Shown here: in pieces, positions 10,328 through 20,396 of the stretch
Position numbering within the stretch: position 1 is the first letter of the stretch
Layout of the letters: every line of letters begins with the position of its first letter
Source of the DNA: Candidatus Binatia bacterium
GTDB taxonomy: Bacteria; Desulfobacterota; Binatia; Bin18
Length of the DNA stretch: 64,000 nt
Assembly: GCA_963664395.2 (NCBI GenBank)
Contig: OY761159.2
Location: forward strand, 2,752,001-2,816,000
Reading direction: 5' to 3'
Translations under genes and position numbers: made by a program
The notes under the pieces: model-generated
Database searches by the model: none
The model's input: only the letters and a program-made list of their open reading frames with translations
What the model was told of the DNA's origin: nothing

Positions 10328-11386
10328 GTGCGTATCCGGAAAAAGCGCGGTAATTTTCTCGAAGACTTCTCTGTTGGTCAGTTGTTTCGGCACAAGGTCG
10401 GGAAAACCGTAACCGAAGGCTTGTTTAACGCCTTTACGGAGTTCGGCATGACCACCAATCCGCTGTCGAAAAACTTGCGCTATGCCGAACAGTACGGTTT
10501 CCGTGGTCTGATTGCCCCGCCCGGTTTGGTGATGAATATCGTTTTCAGCCAAAGCGTTGAAGATATTTCGGAAAACGCGCGGGCCAATCTCGAATACCGC
10601 GATATGCGCTTTGGCGCCCCGGTGTATATCGGCGATACGATAGAGGTTGAGACGACCATCCTCGGCATCAAGCCCTCCTCGCGGGACCACGATCGAGGCG
10701 TTGTGCACGTCCAGACGACCGGCCGCAACCAGCATGGCGAAATCGTGCTGACCCTGCAACGCAAGGTCCAAATCTGGAAAGATAATACGGACACTCGGAT
10801 CGAAGAGGCAGCCCTGGCCGAAATACCAGATATTCCCTGCGATCTCGTCGTACCGGAATATGACAAGAGTCGGCAGTACAAAGACCTGGCTCACCTGGCC
10901 AATGCCGATACCTATTTCGAGGACTTTCAGCCCGGCGACACGCTCGAACATTCCCGTGGACGGACGGTGACTACTGCCCACATGGAATGGACCGCCCTAT
11001 TGGACAACACCTCTCAGGTCCACTCCAATCAATACCTGATAGACCAGAATCCGGAGCGCTATATTGGCGGTCAGCTGATCGTCTATGGCGGGATTCCGTT
11101 TAATCTCTGCCTCGGTTTGTCCTGTCCCGACGTTGGCGATAATGCCGTCGGAGACGTGCGCTATGTGACCGGCCGCCACACGGGCCCGGTTTTTGTGGGT
11201 GATACCGTCTTCGCCTCGATTGAAATAACCGGCAGCCGTGAGTATCCCGGTCGGCCCGACCTGGGTATTGTCGAGACCACCTTGCACGGTCATAAATTTA
11301 TCCGAAAAGACGAGGATTGGGAAAAGACCGAGATTTTCTATCTCGAACGTGAACTGGCCGTAAAACGGCGCAGCCATTACGCCTGA
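10328..11386 (+). CDS. double MaoC-fold hydratase, mesaconyl-CoA hydratase-like
   Basis: two hotdog repeats (GNFLEDF / TYFEDF), EDISENARANL; ethylmalonyl-CoA pathway neighbourhood. Confidence 0.75.
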   Translation: MRIRKKRGNFLEDFSVGQLFRHKVGKTVTEGLFNAFTEFGMTTNPLSKNLRYAEQYGFRGLIAPPGLVMNIVFSQSVEDISENARANLEYRDMRFGAPVYIGDTIEVETTILGIKPSSRDHDRGVVHVQTTGRNQHGEIVLTLQRKVQIWKDNTDTRIEEAALAEIPDIPCDLVVPEYDKSRQYKDLAHLANADTYFEDFQPGDTLEHSRGRTVTTAHMEWTALLDNTSQVHSNQYLIDQNPERYIGGQLIVYGGIPFNLCLGLSCPDVGDNAVGDVRYVTGRHTGPVFVGDTVFASIEITGSREYPGRPDLGIVETTLHGHKFIRKDEDWEKTEIFYLERELAVKRRSHYA

Positions 11387-11456
11387 GCGTACAATCAAAG
11401 AGCCCTCAAAGAACCGCATTGCTTTTCACCCGGACGGCTGACAAAGCGCCAACACG

Positions 11457-12629
11457 ATGACATTCCGCCGGATCGTCTGGCCATTGGCGATTGCAGAAAC
11501 GCTGGTATGGGCGGCGCTCTACTATTCGTTTCCTGCCCTGCTGCTTGAGTGGGAACGCGACCTGGGGTGGTCGAAAACCGAGCTTGCCGGGGCGCTGACG
11601 CTGGCTTTGGTTACCTCGGCGCTGCTCGGGCCCATGACCGGGCGCTTGATAGACCGTGGTTTCGGACGGGTCGTCTTCAGCGGCAGTGCGGCTCTGGGGG
11701 CCGTGCTATTGGCCGGCCTCTCGTGGGTTGAACATCTGTGGCAATTCTACTGTGTGTGGTTCGGCATTGGCGTGGCGATGGCCGGCACGTTATACGACGC
11801 GTGCTTTTCCCTGCTGACACATGCCCTGGGCGACGAGGCCCGCAAGGCCATTACCCTCGTCACCCTGGTGGCCGGTTTTGCCGGGACACTCGCCTTTCCG
11901 AGTATCCATGTATTAGTCGGCTGGGTTGGCTGGAGAGACGCCGTTGTCATTGTCGCCGGCGTTGAGCTACTGATTGCCGTTCCCCTCATCTGGAAGGCGT
12001 GTCAGCGTGCCGACCACTATCAGGCCGACCGCCGCCCGGCAACGAGTGACCATACCGGAGCGGCAGTGCTCAGGGCTCCCGTCTTCTGGCTGCTCGCCGT
12101 GGCGTTTGGCTTGGCGAATTTGGAACATTTCAGCCTGCTGACCCATCTCCTGCCTTTGCTTGCTGAACGGGGTCTGTCGGCTGAAGCCGCGGTGCTGACG
12201 GCCTCTTCGATCGGACCCATGCAGGTGGCGGGCCGCCTGGCTATGTTGGCAGTGGAGAAATACGTGTCAACGTTGTGGATTGCGGTTGCCTGTTTCCTGG
12301 CCATGACCGCCGCCGCCACCGCTCTCTTTTTCGCTCAGAGCGTGGCGGTACTGCTCCCCTTCTTCGTCATTCTCCAAGGTGCGGGGATGGGAATGACCAG
12401 CATACTCCGCCCGGTGATGACCGCCGAACTGTTGGGCAGAGCCAATTTCGGGATCGTGTCCGGATTCTTGGCTATCCCGTCGATCCTGGCCGCAGCCCTC
12501 GCCCCAACCCTTGCCGCGATTGTGTGGCGAGTGGGGGGATATGAAACGGTCATCTTGATAGCAGCAGCTACGACAGTGGTCGGGCTGGGCTGTGTCAGCA
12601 GCATACCGCTGCTGGCGTTCCGGCGTTGA
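11457..12629 (+). CDS. MFS transporter
   Basis: 12 TM pattern, GRLIDRGFGR motif A. Confidence 0.85.
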   Translation: MTFRRIVWPLAIAETLVWAALYYSFPALLLEWERDLGWSKTELAGALTLALVTSALLGPMTGRLIDRGFGRVVFSGSAALGAVLLAGLSWVEHLWQFYCVWFGIGVAMAGTLYDACFSLLTHALGDEARKAITLVTLVAGFAGTLAFPSIHVLVGWVGWRDAVVIVAGVELLIAVPLIWKACQRADHYQADRRPATSDHTGAAVLRAPVFWLLAVAFGLANLEHFSLLTHLLPLLAERGLSAEAAVLTASSIGPMQVAGRLAMLAVEKYVSTLWIAVACFLAMTAAATALFFAQSVAVLLPFFVILQGAGMGMTSILRPVMTAELLGRANFGIVSGFLAIPSILAAALAPTLAAIVWRVGGYETVILIAAATTVVGLGCVSSIPLLAFRR

Positions 12630-12785
12630 TGGGTGCTGCAAAATCTGAAGGTTCGGAGGGTCAAGAGAGCGGAGTGAAAGCGGTCCGACCTCACCTCTAT
12701 TCCGTGTTGCTCCTCCTATCTCGGTTCGTTATGATACCCTTCTTGTCGGAAATGCGGATACGCCTGGCACGGGAGGGAACATCGT

Positions 12786-14303
12786 ATGGCACTCTTGGAC
12801 CGAGCCGAATGGTATGACATCGCCCGCGACACCAATTGGACTCCAAAGTATGTCACTGAAGACGAGCTTTTCCCCGAAGCACAGAGTGGCACGATGGGCT
12901 TACCGCTTGAGGTGTGGGAGAGTTACGATGAGCCCTATAAAGTAACCTATCGTGAGTACGTTCGGACTCAACGTGAGAAGGACGCCGGGGTGTATTCGGT
13001 CAAAGCCGCGCTCCAGCGGGCCAATTTTTTGGACAAGGCCGCGCCGGGCTGGGTGAGTATCCTCAAGCTGCACTACGGCGCGTTTGCCACGCTGGAGGCC
13101 ATGGCGTCGAGCGCGGAGTCTCGCATGGCCCGCTTTGGCAAGGCCGGTGGTCTGCGCAACATGGCGACCTTTGGCTCGCTGGACGAGAATCGCCACGGTC
13201 AGATTCAACTGTATTTCCCGCACGAACACGTCCACCGCAGTCGGCAGTTTGACTGGGCTACCAAGTCGATGCACACCAACGAGTGGGCTGTGATTGCTGC
13301 CCGCCATCTATTCGATGACATTATGGCTGGCCGCGACGCAGTTGGTGTAGCGCTGATGCTGACCTTTGCGTTTGAGACCGGATTTTCCAATGTACAATTT
13401 CTTGGTCTTGCGGCCGATGCCGCTCAGGCGGGCGATATTTCCTTTTCCAATCTCGCCTCGAGTATTCAAACCGACGAAGCGCGGCACGCCCAAATTGGTG
13501 GCCCGGCTGTGAAAATCCTGATTGCAAACGGGAAGAAGAACGAAGCCCAGCGACTAGTTGATATTGCCATCTGGCGGGCTTGGACCTTGTTCGCCACAGT
13601 GACCGGTCCATCCATGGATTATTACACCCCGCTCGACCGCCGCGAGAAATCCTTCAAAGAGTTCATGCAGGAGTGGGTCTTTGGCCAGTTCGAACGGACG
13701 CTCATCGACATTGGTCTGGAACGCCCCTGGTATTGGGCCACCATGCTGGCAGACCTCGATACCCGCCATCACGGTATGCACGCGGGCATCTGGACCTTTC
13801 ATAAATCGGTCTGGTGGGATGTGCCGCCCGGCATCAGCCGGGCCGAACGCGCCTGGTTGGAGGAGAAATATCCCGGCTGGGAAGAGACCTGGGGGGCGCA
13901 TTTCTGGGACCCGATCATTGCCCGCTTCCTGAAAGACGGCCCGGTCGATACGGTGCTGCCAACAATGGTGCAACTGTGCAATATGGCTCAAGTGCCGATC
14001 ACCGGCACGCCAGGCTGGACCCCGGGTAAGACCGGTCGGCCCTTGCAGGATTTTCCGCTCGAACACGAAGGACGCTTGTATCATTTCGGCTCGGAGGTGG
14101 ACCGCTGGATTTTTCAGCAAGATCCGGACCGCTACAAAGATCACCTGAGCGTTGCCGACCGGATGGTGGCCGGGATGATCCAGCCGCCGACCCTCGAAGG
14201 GCTGCTTGACTACTTTTCTCTCAAAGAGGGAGAACAGGGGGAAGACGCCCTCGGGCACAGCTGGTTGGAAGAGTATCGCCAAGACCAGGTCCAGGCCGCC
14301 TAG
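12786..14303 (+). CDS. tmoA: soluble di-iron aromatic/alkene monooxygenase alpha subunit (T4MO family)
   Basis: ligands E104, E134xxH137, E197, E231xxH234 at T4MO numbering; C-terminal YHS-like segment. Confidence 0.9.
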   Translation: MALLDRAEWYDIARDTNWTPKYVTEDELFPEAQSGTMGLPLEVWESYDEPYKVTYREYVRTQREKDAGVYSVKAALQRANFLDKAAPGWVSILKLHYGAFATLEAMASSAESRMARFGKAGGLRNMATFGSLDENRHGQIQLYFPHEHVHRSRQFDWATKSMHTNEWAVIAARHLFDDIMAGRDAVGVALMLTFAFETGFSNVQFLGLAADAAQAGDISFSNLASSIQTDEARHAQIGGPAVKILIANGKKNEAQRLVDIAIWRAWTLFATVTGPSMDYYTPLDRREKSFKEFMQEWVFGQFERTLIDIGLERPWYWATMLADLDTRHHGMHAGIWTFHKSVWWDVPPGISRAERAWLEEKYPGWEETWGAHFWDPIIARFLKDGPVDTVLPTMVQLCNMAQVPITGTPGWTPGKTGRPLQDFPLEHEGRLYHFGSEVDRWIFQQDPDRYKDHLSVADRMVAGMIQPPTLEGLLDYFSLKEGEQGEDALGHSWLEEYRQDQVQAA

Positions 14304-14322
14304 CAGGGGTTGTAAGGCCCGT

Positions 14323-14610
14323 ATGGCACAGATTCCCATTGTCCATAATCTGCATCAAGAGTTTGTCCTGTATGTCTCCATCGTCGATACAGAGAATACG
14401 ATGGACGAAGTGTGCCAGACGGCAGCCCGGTTGAGCATTGGTTTTGAGAAAAACCAGCAGCCGGATGCGCCCCTCCGCGTGCGGAAAGTAGGTGCTGAAA
14501 AACCGTTTCCCCGCGACATGACGGTTGAGGAGGCCGGCATCACGCCGATGACGAGCCTCGAACTCTTTTATGAAGCAGCCGAGTCGGCTTCGCCCGAGCC
14601 TACACCATGA
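14323..14610 (+). CDS. tmoB: monooxygenase gamma subunit
   Basis: follows alpha subunit; TMDEV...PFPRDMTVEEAGI motif; start ATG 14323. Confidence 0.8.
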   Translation: MAQIPIVHNLHQEFVLYVSIVDTENTMDEVCQTAARLSIGFEKNQQPDAPLRVRKVGAEKPFPRDMTVEEAGITPMTSLELFYEAAESASPEPTP

Positions 14611-15599
14611 GTACCGAATCCGAACCTCTCAAGCCACTGCGGACCTGGAGTCATCTCGTCGGTCGCCGCCGTCGCCCGAGCGAATATGAGATTGTCTCGA
14701 CCAATCTCATGTACGACGCCAAGAATGCGGAGTCTCCGTTTGAGCTGGGGCCGAATATCCCGCTCTCCAAGTGGTTCAAAAAATACCGCCACGGCTCGCC
14801 TCTCACCGGTCGTGATTGGGAGGAGTTCCGCGACCCTGACGAACTGACCTACCGCGCCTACAATATTCTGCAAGACGGCCAGGAGACCTATATTGAAGGG
14901 CTGTTCGACGAACATAACGAGCTCCAGTACGATGCCGGACTGGATGCCGCCTGGGCTGATGTCCTGCAGCGCTTGTATACGCCGGCCCGCTATCTGTTCC
15001 ACACCGTGCAGATGACCTCGCATTATCTGGTCCAGATTGTGCCATCGAGTACGATTCGGAACTGCGCAACCTATCAGGCTGCAGATGCGCTCCGGTGTGT
15101 GTCCCATATTGCGTATCGGACCGCCGAGCTTAAAAAGACCTATCCGGACAGAGGATTTGGTACGACTGAGCAAGAGGCGTGGGAAAACGCCGCAGTCTGG
15201 CAAGGCTTCCGTGCGCTGATGGAAAAGGTCTTGATCGCCTATGATTGGGGCGAGAGTTTTGTCGTCCTGAATCTAGTGGCAAAGCCGGCAATTGATGAAG
15301 TACTCCTGCGCCAACTTGTGGCCACAGGCCGTCGGCAGGGTGACAGCTTGCTCGGCCTCATTGCCGATTCCGAATATCGTGATGTCCGGCGCTCCAGAAC
15401 CTGGAGTACAGCCCTCGTCCGCTTTGCGGTTGAACGACCCGAAAACGTGGCTGTAATACGTGGCTGGGTGGAGAAGTGGCTCCCTCTGGCCGAACAGGCT
15501 ATCGACTTATACTGTCACGCGTTACCCGACAGTCCGCAGGCCGCGGCCGCGGCCAAAGAGGCCGTTCATGATTTTTTACGATCTCTCGATTTAGACTGA
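14607..15599 (+). CDS. tmoE: monooxygenase beta subunit
   Basis: LRTWSHL, RRPSEYEIVS, FRDPDELTY, DWGESF. Confidence 0.9.
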   Translation: MSTESEPLKPLRTWSHLVGRRRRPSEYEIVSTNLMYDAKNAESPFELGPNIPLSKWFKKYRHGSPLTGRDWEEFRDPDELTYRAYNILQDGQETYIEGLFDEHNELQYDAGLDAAWADVLQRLYTPARYLFHTVQMTSHYLVQIVPSSTIRNCATYQAADALRCVSHIAYRTAELKKTYPDRGFGTTEQEAWENAAVWQGFRALMEKVLIAYDWGESFVVLNLVAKPAIDEVLLRQLVATGRRQGDSLLGLIADSEYRDVRRSRTWSTALVRFAVERPENVAVIRGWVEKWLPLAEQAIDLYCHALPDSPQAAAAAKEAVHDFLRSLDLD

Positions 15600-15613
15600 C
15601 TTCACCCCAGAGC

Positions 15614-15952
15614 ATGGCGTTCACCCGAGTCTGTAGCCTCGACGATGTATGGGAGGGCGATATGGCCGCGTATGAGGTTGACGGGCAAGCCATCATCTTA
15701 GTCTATCCCATCGATGGTGAGGTCGCCGCCCTTCAGGGCTTCTGTCCGCATCAACAGTCCTCCTTAGCTGAGGGCGATTTCGATGGTCACACGCGGCTGA
15801 CATGCAGCGCCCATGAGTGGCAGTTCGATGTCACGACGGGCAAAGGGATCAATCCGGCAGACTGCGAACTGGCCCGCTATCCCGTCAAAATCGAGCATGA
15901 CGAAATCTATGTGGACGTCGTTGGCATCGCGCCAAGGCGCGTCGGGGTGTGA
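15614..15952 (+). CDS. tmoC: Rieske ferredoxin
   Basis: CPH...CSAH Rieske motif, GKGINP. Confidence 0.9.
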   Translation: MAFTRVCSLDDVWEGDMAAYEVDGQAIILVYPIDGEVAALQGFCPHQQSSLAEGDFDGHTRLTCSAHEWQFDVTTGKGINPADCELARYPVKIEHDEIYVDVVGIAPRRVGV

Positions 15953-15967
15953 GTTGCGAGGACAGAT

Positions 15968-16267
15968 ATGGGTGAAAAGACAGGCAATAACAAAGTCGGC
16001 CCGGTGCTCAGCGCCGGGGACATTGCGGACGCGGCAATTGACGCCATCTACCAAGACAACCCGGACAAAGACGTGCGGGTTGAAAACCACCACGCCTACA
16101 TTCGGGTCGAGACCGATACCGAGTGCATCATCCGGCGCGAGACCATGGAGGCCACCCTCGGCCGTCCGTTCCACATGCAGGAACTCGAAACCGTCCTGAG
16201 TTCTTTTGCCGGACAGATCGAAACCAGCGCTCACTATATGCGCTTCTATCTGACGAAGAAGCTCTAG
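15968..16267 (+). CDS. tmoD: MmoB/DmpM family effector
   Basis: NKVGPVL, DNPDK, SSFAGQI. Confidence 0.9.
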   Translation: MGEKTGNNKVGPVLSAGDIADAAIDAIYQDNPDKDVRVENHHAYIRVETDTECIIRRETMEATLGRPFHMQELETVLSSFAGQIETSAHYMRFYLTKKL

Positions 16268-16291
16268 GGTCTTTGTACGAGCAGGATCACA

Positions 16292-16330
16292 TCCCCTCTT
16301 GGGAGGGGTGGCGCGTAGCGCCGGGGTGGG
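16292..16330. repeat. REP-like palindromic repeat (related copies at 30070-30106 and 48741-48802)
   Basis: CCCCTCTTGGGAGGGG...CCGGGGTGGG; reverse-oriented copy at 30070. Confidence 0.65.
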
Positions 16331-16444
16331 TTTCGGGCCGCAGCTTTCCGCGTTGGGAAAGAGAAGGCGGCTCAAGCGGACAAAGTTGGGGTGTGGGCGC
16401 CAGTTTGTTGCGCTGTGGCAATGGCGTAAGGGCGAAAGCGGATT

Positions 16445-17224
16445 ATGCAGGCTAAAGAGATGTTAAGTGAGGAGCAAAAACAGTTTTACCGCGACCAACT
16501 CCGGTCGGCCCGAAACGTTGCCCTGGCGGACGCCGAGGGGTTCATGGCTGTCGTTTACACGCTTGAGTTGATGGGCCAACAACTGGTGGGCAAGATATGT
16601 ATGGGCCTTGGTGAATACAAAAAGAAGTTGAAAGGCGTGGCCAGTTTATCTTCCCTGGCCCATAAGGTCGATCCAACGTACCACGTCAAATTTTCTACCC
16701 TATTCGATGAATTGAAGGATGCAAGGAATGATGCCGTGCATCAAGGTGCTTACGCACGGATACTTACCGATCATGCTGTGGATATTACAATCATACTTGA
16801 GGACGCGCTTATGTCAGGATTCTCCCAGGTTTCGCAGTTCATGGTCCGAGATGTAGTCGAAGCCAAGCCGTGGCAACCCATCAGTTACGTACGACAACAA
16901 ATGTTGAAATATAGCTTCTCTTATCTCCCCATTCAGCATGAGGAGACTTGGAAACTGATCCCTGAATACTCGGTTGCGAAATATCTTCGTGGTTGTTCCC
17001 CAAAAGAACGAGAAATACGGCTCGTCACCATAATTGAAGACGCCATCAAAGAAAGCAAGGGGAACGATAGGCTCCGCGTTCTATCGGCGAAGACCGTATG
17101 CCAGGAAAAGAAAATCGATGGCAGCGACATATTGAAGTGTGTAGGTACGAAACCGATCCTTGTCGTTGATCCCGACCGTGAAGATGAACTGGTAGGAATT
17201 TTAACCGCCGCCGATATCCTATAG
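16445..17224 (+). CDS. CBS-domain-containing hypothetical protein
   Basis: VSQFMVRDV...LVGILTAADIL CBS pair; visibly lower GC than flanks. Confidence 0.7.
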   Translation: MQAKEMLSEEQKQFYRDQLRSARNVALADAEGFMAVVYTLELMGQQLVGKICMGLGEYKKKLKGVASLSSLAHKVDPTYHVKFSTLFDELKDARNDAVHQGAYARILTDHAVDITIILEDALMSGFSQVSQFMVRDVVEAKPWQPISYVRQQMLKYSFSYLPIQHEETWKLIPEYSVAKYLRGCSPKEREIRLVTIIEDAIKESKGNDRLRVLSAKTVCQEKKIDGSDILKCVGTKPILVVDPDREDELVGILTAADIL

Positions 17225-17457
17225 AAAAAAGCGACCGACTCTCCTTGATCCAGTAGTCCGCCGCGCGGGGCGACCAGGGGGAGGGTTGGGCCGCCGCCGT
17301 TCCGTGGTGCAGCCTTATGCCGGCTCAATCAGTTGAAGAATTGTTTCCCTCCCTGCAATCCTTCCCTTTTTTATTACTCTCTTGAGTATTTTTACTCGGG
17401 AGAGTAAATGCAACCGCTAAAATCCTTCCAACCCTGTGCGTGGCTCTTGCTAGAGGG

Positions 17458-17489
17458 AGGTCGGATTACGCTGCGCTAATCCGACCTGC
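17458..17489. repeat. GTAG-type REP (related copy at 30027-30056)
   Basis: AGGTCGGATTA...TAATCCGACCT hairpin between convergent genes. Confidence 0.6.
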
Positions 17490-17500
17490 GGGGCTGACCG

Positions 17501-19147
17501 CTACGCCAACAAGGTGCGCGCAATCACCTTGAGTTCCAGAATAGGTTTGACGCCCTCAAAAATGGGCAGCACCAGGGCGTCCACGACATAGCGCGAGATG
17601 GCGTACTCTTCGCCATAGCCCCAGCCGCCGTGAATGAGCTGGCCTTCCTGGGTGACCCACACCGCCACATCGCAGGCCAGCAGTTTGGCCATGGCCGCGG
17701 TTAGTGTGGCCGCCTCGTCTTTATCCATGGCTGGTGCGGCGGCATAGGTAATTTGGCGCGCCGCGCTAATATGGGCGGCCATGCGGCCCAGCTTGTACTG
17801 GGTGAGCTGGAAGTCGCCCAGCGATTTCTTAAACTGCTTGCGCTCGGCCGCGTAGGCTGCGCTGACCTCCAGCGCGGCTTGGGCGAGCCCGGTTGCCCGC
17901 CCTCCGGTCTGGAGCCGTCCCGCGGCAAAGCCGGCCATCTGCAAATAAAAACCTTTATTCAGCCCAGCCTCTCCACCAACGAGGTTTTCGGCCGGGACGA
18001 AATATTTATCGAGGTTCAACACATAGGAATGCATCCCCCGGTAGCCCAGGGTCGGAATGGCGTCCCCCTGGAGCACACCGCCGGTCTCCTGTTGCATCTC
18101 AAACGAATGGCCCGCAAAAGCGTCTTTTTCAACAATGAATAATGACAGCCCGCGTGCACCGGAGCTGGTGTCCGGGTTGGTGCGGGCCAGTAGGGCAATG
18201 ATGTCGGCCCGTCCGGCAAACGTGCACCACGCCTTGGCCCCGTCGATCACAAAACCGCTTTGCCCGTTGAGCGTGGCCGGCTCGGCGCGGCATTTGACCG
18301 AGGCGACGTCGGAGCCGGTGTCCGGCTCGGTTACGGAAATGGCGACCATTAACTCTCCGCTGGCAATCGGTGGCAGCCATTTCTTCTTCTGGTCTTCGGT
18401 GCCGCCGCGTAATAGGGCCTTGGTCAGAATTTCCGGTCGGGTGATCAGACTGCCGGCCACGCCGAGCGAGGCCGCGGAGAGTTCCTCGGTGGTGATAATC
18501 ATGGCCAGATTGCCCATGCCGCCGCCGCCGTACTCTTCGGGCACCGACATGCCGAAATAGCCCAACTCGGACATGTTTTTGATCACGGATTCCGGAATCA
18601 GCTCGTCGTTGCGATGGACACGCTCCGCAATGGGCGCGACCTCGCTCTTGGCAAACTGACGCACCGAATCCCGCGTCATTGCCGCGATATCACTCTCCAA
18701 CCACGAGTGATTCACGCCTTTTGTCGCCAAAACGGTCTGACCGATCGCGCGGAAGCGACTCTCACGCGCGCCGTCCCGGATGGCGGCCCTGACCTGGGAC
18801 TGTCCGAGCGTGTCGTTCAGAAAAGATTCATCGAATCCGAAATCTTCAATATGGGTGCTGACTTGTGCGGCCAAGCGCTGGCCGACTTCGGCGGCAAACC
18901 CCAGAGCCATACTGGCCGTATGGCCGTTTTCGTCGGCGCGGTTTTCTCCGGCGGCCTGGGCATAGTGCAGGCAGGAGCGGGCGGCCTCGACCTCGGTCGC
19001 CAGATAGGCCAGCCGCTCGGCGTGAACCTGATGGTCATCGATGCCCTTGCCGTTGTCGGTCAGGCTGCGGCCGTGCTGGAGCGCCTCGTCGCGGACTTTT
19101 TGGAGCGCGTCAACGATCAGGCCGGTCTGTTGGAGTGTGTCGGACAT
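17501..19147 (-). CDS. acyl-CoA dehydrogenase, (2S)-methylsuccinyl-CoA dehydrogenase-like
   Basis: SLITRPEI, TEPDTGSD, LGYRGM, IHGGWGY; N-terminal extension; start ATG 19147 (MSDTLQQ). Confidence 0.8.
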   Translation of the reverse strand: MSDTLQQTGLIVDALQKVRDEALQHGRSLTDNGKGIDDHQVHAERLAYLATEVEAARSCLHYAQAAGENRADENGHTASMALGFAAEVGQRLAAQVSTHIEDFGFDESFLNDTLGQSQVRAAIRDGARESRFRAIGQTVLATKGVNHSWLESDIAAMTRDSVRQFAKSEVAPIAERVHRNDELIPESVIKNMSELGYFGMSVPEEYGGGGMGNLAMIITTEELSAASLGVAGSLITRPEILTKALLRGGTEDQKKKWLPPIASGELMVAISVTEPDTGSDVASVKCRAEPATLNGQSGFVIDGAKAWCTFAGRADIIALLARTNPDTSSGARGLSLFIVEKDAFAGHSFEMQQETGGVLQGDAIPTLGYRGMHSYVLNLDKYFVPAENLVGGEAGLNKGFYLQMAGFAAGRLQTGGRATGLAQAALEVSAAYAAERKQFKKSLGDFQLTQYKLGRMAAHISAARQITYAAAPAMDKDEAATLTAAMAKLLACDVAVWVTQEGQLIHGGWGYGEEYAISRYVVDALVLPIFEGVKPILELKVIARTLLA

Positions 19148-19315
19148 GCAGTTCTCCTTAATGAAAGCAGAAGAGTGCCGAGAAAATATCACTCGGACAC
19201 ACATCCGCCTAGGGAGGTTGGGCGAGTGGCATGAATCTGATAGAGGAGGAGCCTTCTGTTTTCGTGACCCTGACAGACCGCCGACAAGAAAGAGACTGCC
19301 ATAGAGGAGGACCGT

Positions 19316-20353
19316 ATGTTCGTACTTGATGGGGGAAAACGTTTCGTCATTCCCCGCACTGAGATGACTTATCCCGGCCATAGCATGAAGCTCCACCGCA
19401 ACGCGGCCGACCCGGTTAAAGCACCGGTTGACCATGTGATGATGGATTTTGAAGACGCCTGCCCGTACGAGTTCAAAGGGCCGCAAAGTCGGCAGTGCGT
19501 GGTCGAAGCGCTCAATACTCTGGATTTTGGCAAGAAGGTCATTACCGTGCGGCCCAATAATATCCGCTCTGAGTTTTTCCTGGGCGACCTGGAAGCCATC
19601 GTGAAAGGCGCGCCGGATAAATTTCACGGCATTATCCTGCCCAAGACGCACGGGCCGGACGATATCAAATACGTTTCCAACCTGCTCGATACGTTTGAAA
19701 AGGAAGCCGGCTGGAAATCGCGGGTGCAGATCGAATCCCTGATCGAAATCCCCCAGGCCATTCTGAACGCCTACGCTATTGCGACCGCTTCGGATCGCAT
19801 GGCGGGTTTAATTTTCGGGATAGCCGACTTTGCCGCCACCCTCGGCATTCGTGAAGTGGTCAAAGACCAGAACATTAATTTCCTGTACTCCAAGCAAGCC
19901 GTGGTGGTAGCGGCCAAGGCCGCCGGGTTGCATGCGGTTGATAATGTTTATCTGCCGTTGTGGCGGAAAAACGACCCCGAGGAAAAAATCAAGGAAATCG
20001 AGGCGGGCCTGCGGGACAAAAACATTGGCGCGGCCAATCTCGGCATGGACGGCACCTGGGTCATCCACCCGCAGCAGGCCGCCATCGCCAACGCCTGCTA
20101 CACGCCCAACGACGCGCAGGTCAAATATGCCTCCCGCGTCCTCGACCTCTACCACGAGAAGGGCGGCGGCTCGATGCCCGACCCGGAAACCGGCGAGATG
20201 ATCGACGAGGCGACCATCAAGATCGCGCTGATGGACCTGGCCAAGGCCGTTCAGGCCGAGGCCGTCGAGCCGGCCTACTTGGCCGAACAGGCCGCCAAGA
20301 GCAAGACCATCACCGGCTACGATATTCTGGAACAGATGCGACGGGTGGGATAA
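19316..20353 (+). CDS. CoA-ester lyase (CitE / malyl-CoA lyase family)
   Basis: MMDFEDA, LPKT, LIE, FGIADF, WVIHPQQ; GAGGAGG RBS. Confidence 0.85.
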   Translation: MFVLDGGKRFVIPRTEMTYPGHSMKLHRNAADPVKAPVDHVMMDFEDACPYEFKGPQSRQCVVEALNTLDFGKKVITVRPNNIRSEFFLGDLEAIVKGAPDKFHGIILPKTHGPDDIKYVSNLLDTFEKEAGWKSRVQIESLIEIPQAILNAYAIATASDRMAGLIFGIADFAATLGIREVVKDQNINFLYSKQAVVVAAKAAGLHAVDNVYLPLWRKNDPEEKIKEIEAGLRDKNIGAANLGMDGTWVIHPQQAAIANACYTPNDAQVKYASRVLDLYHEKGGGSMPDPETGEMIDEATIKIALMDLAKAVQAEAVEPAYLAEQAAKSKTITGYDILEQMRRVG

Positions 20354-20396
20354 AAGTCTGAAAGTCATAAAACCTGCGCACGATTAAGGACGCCAC

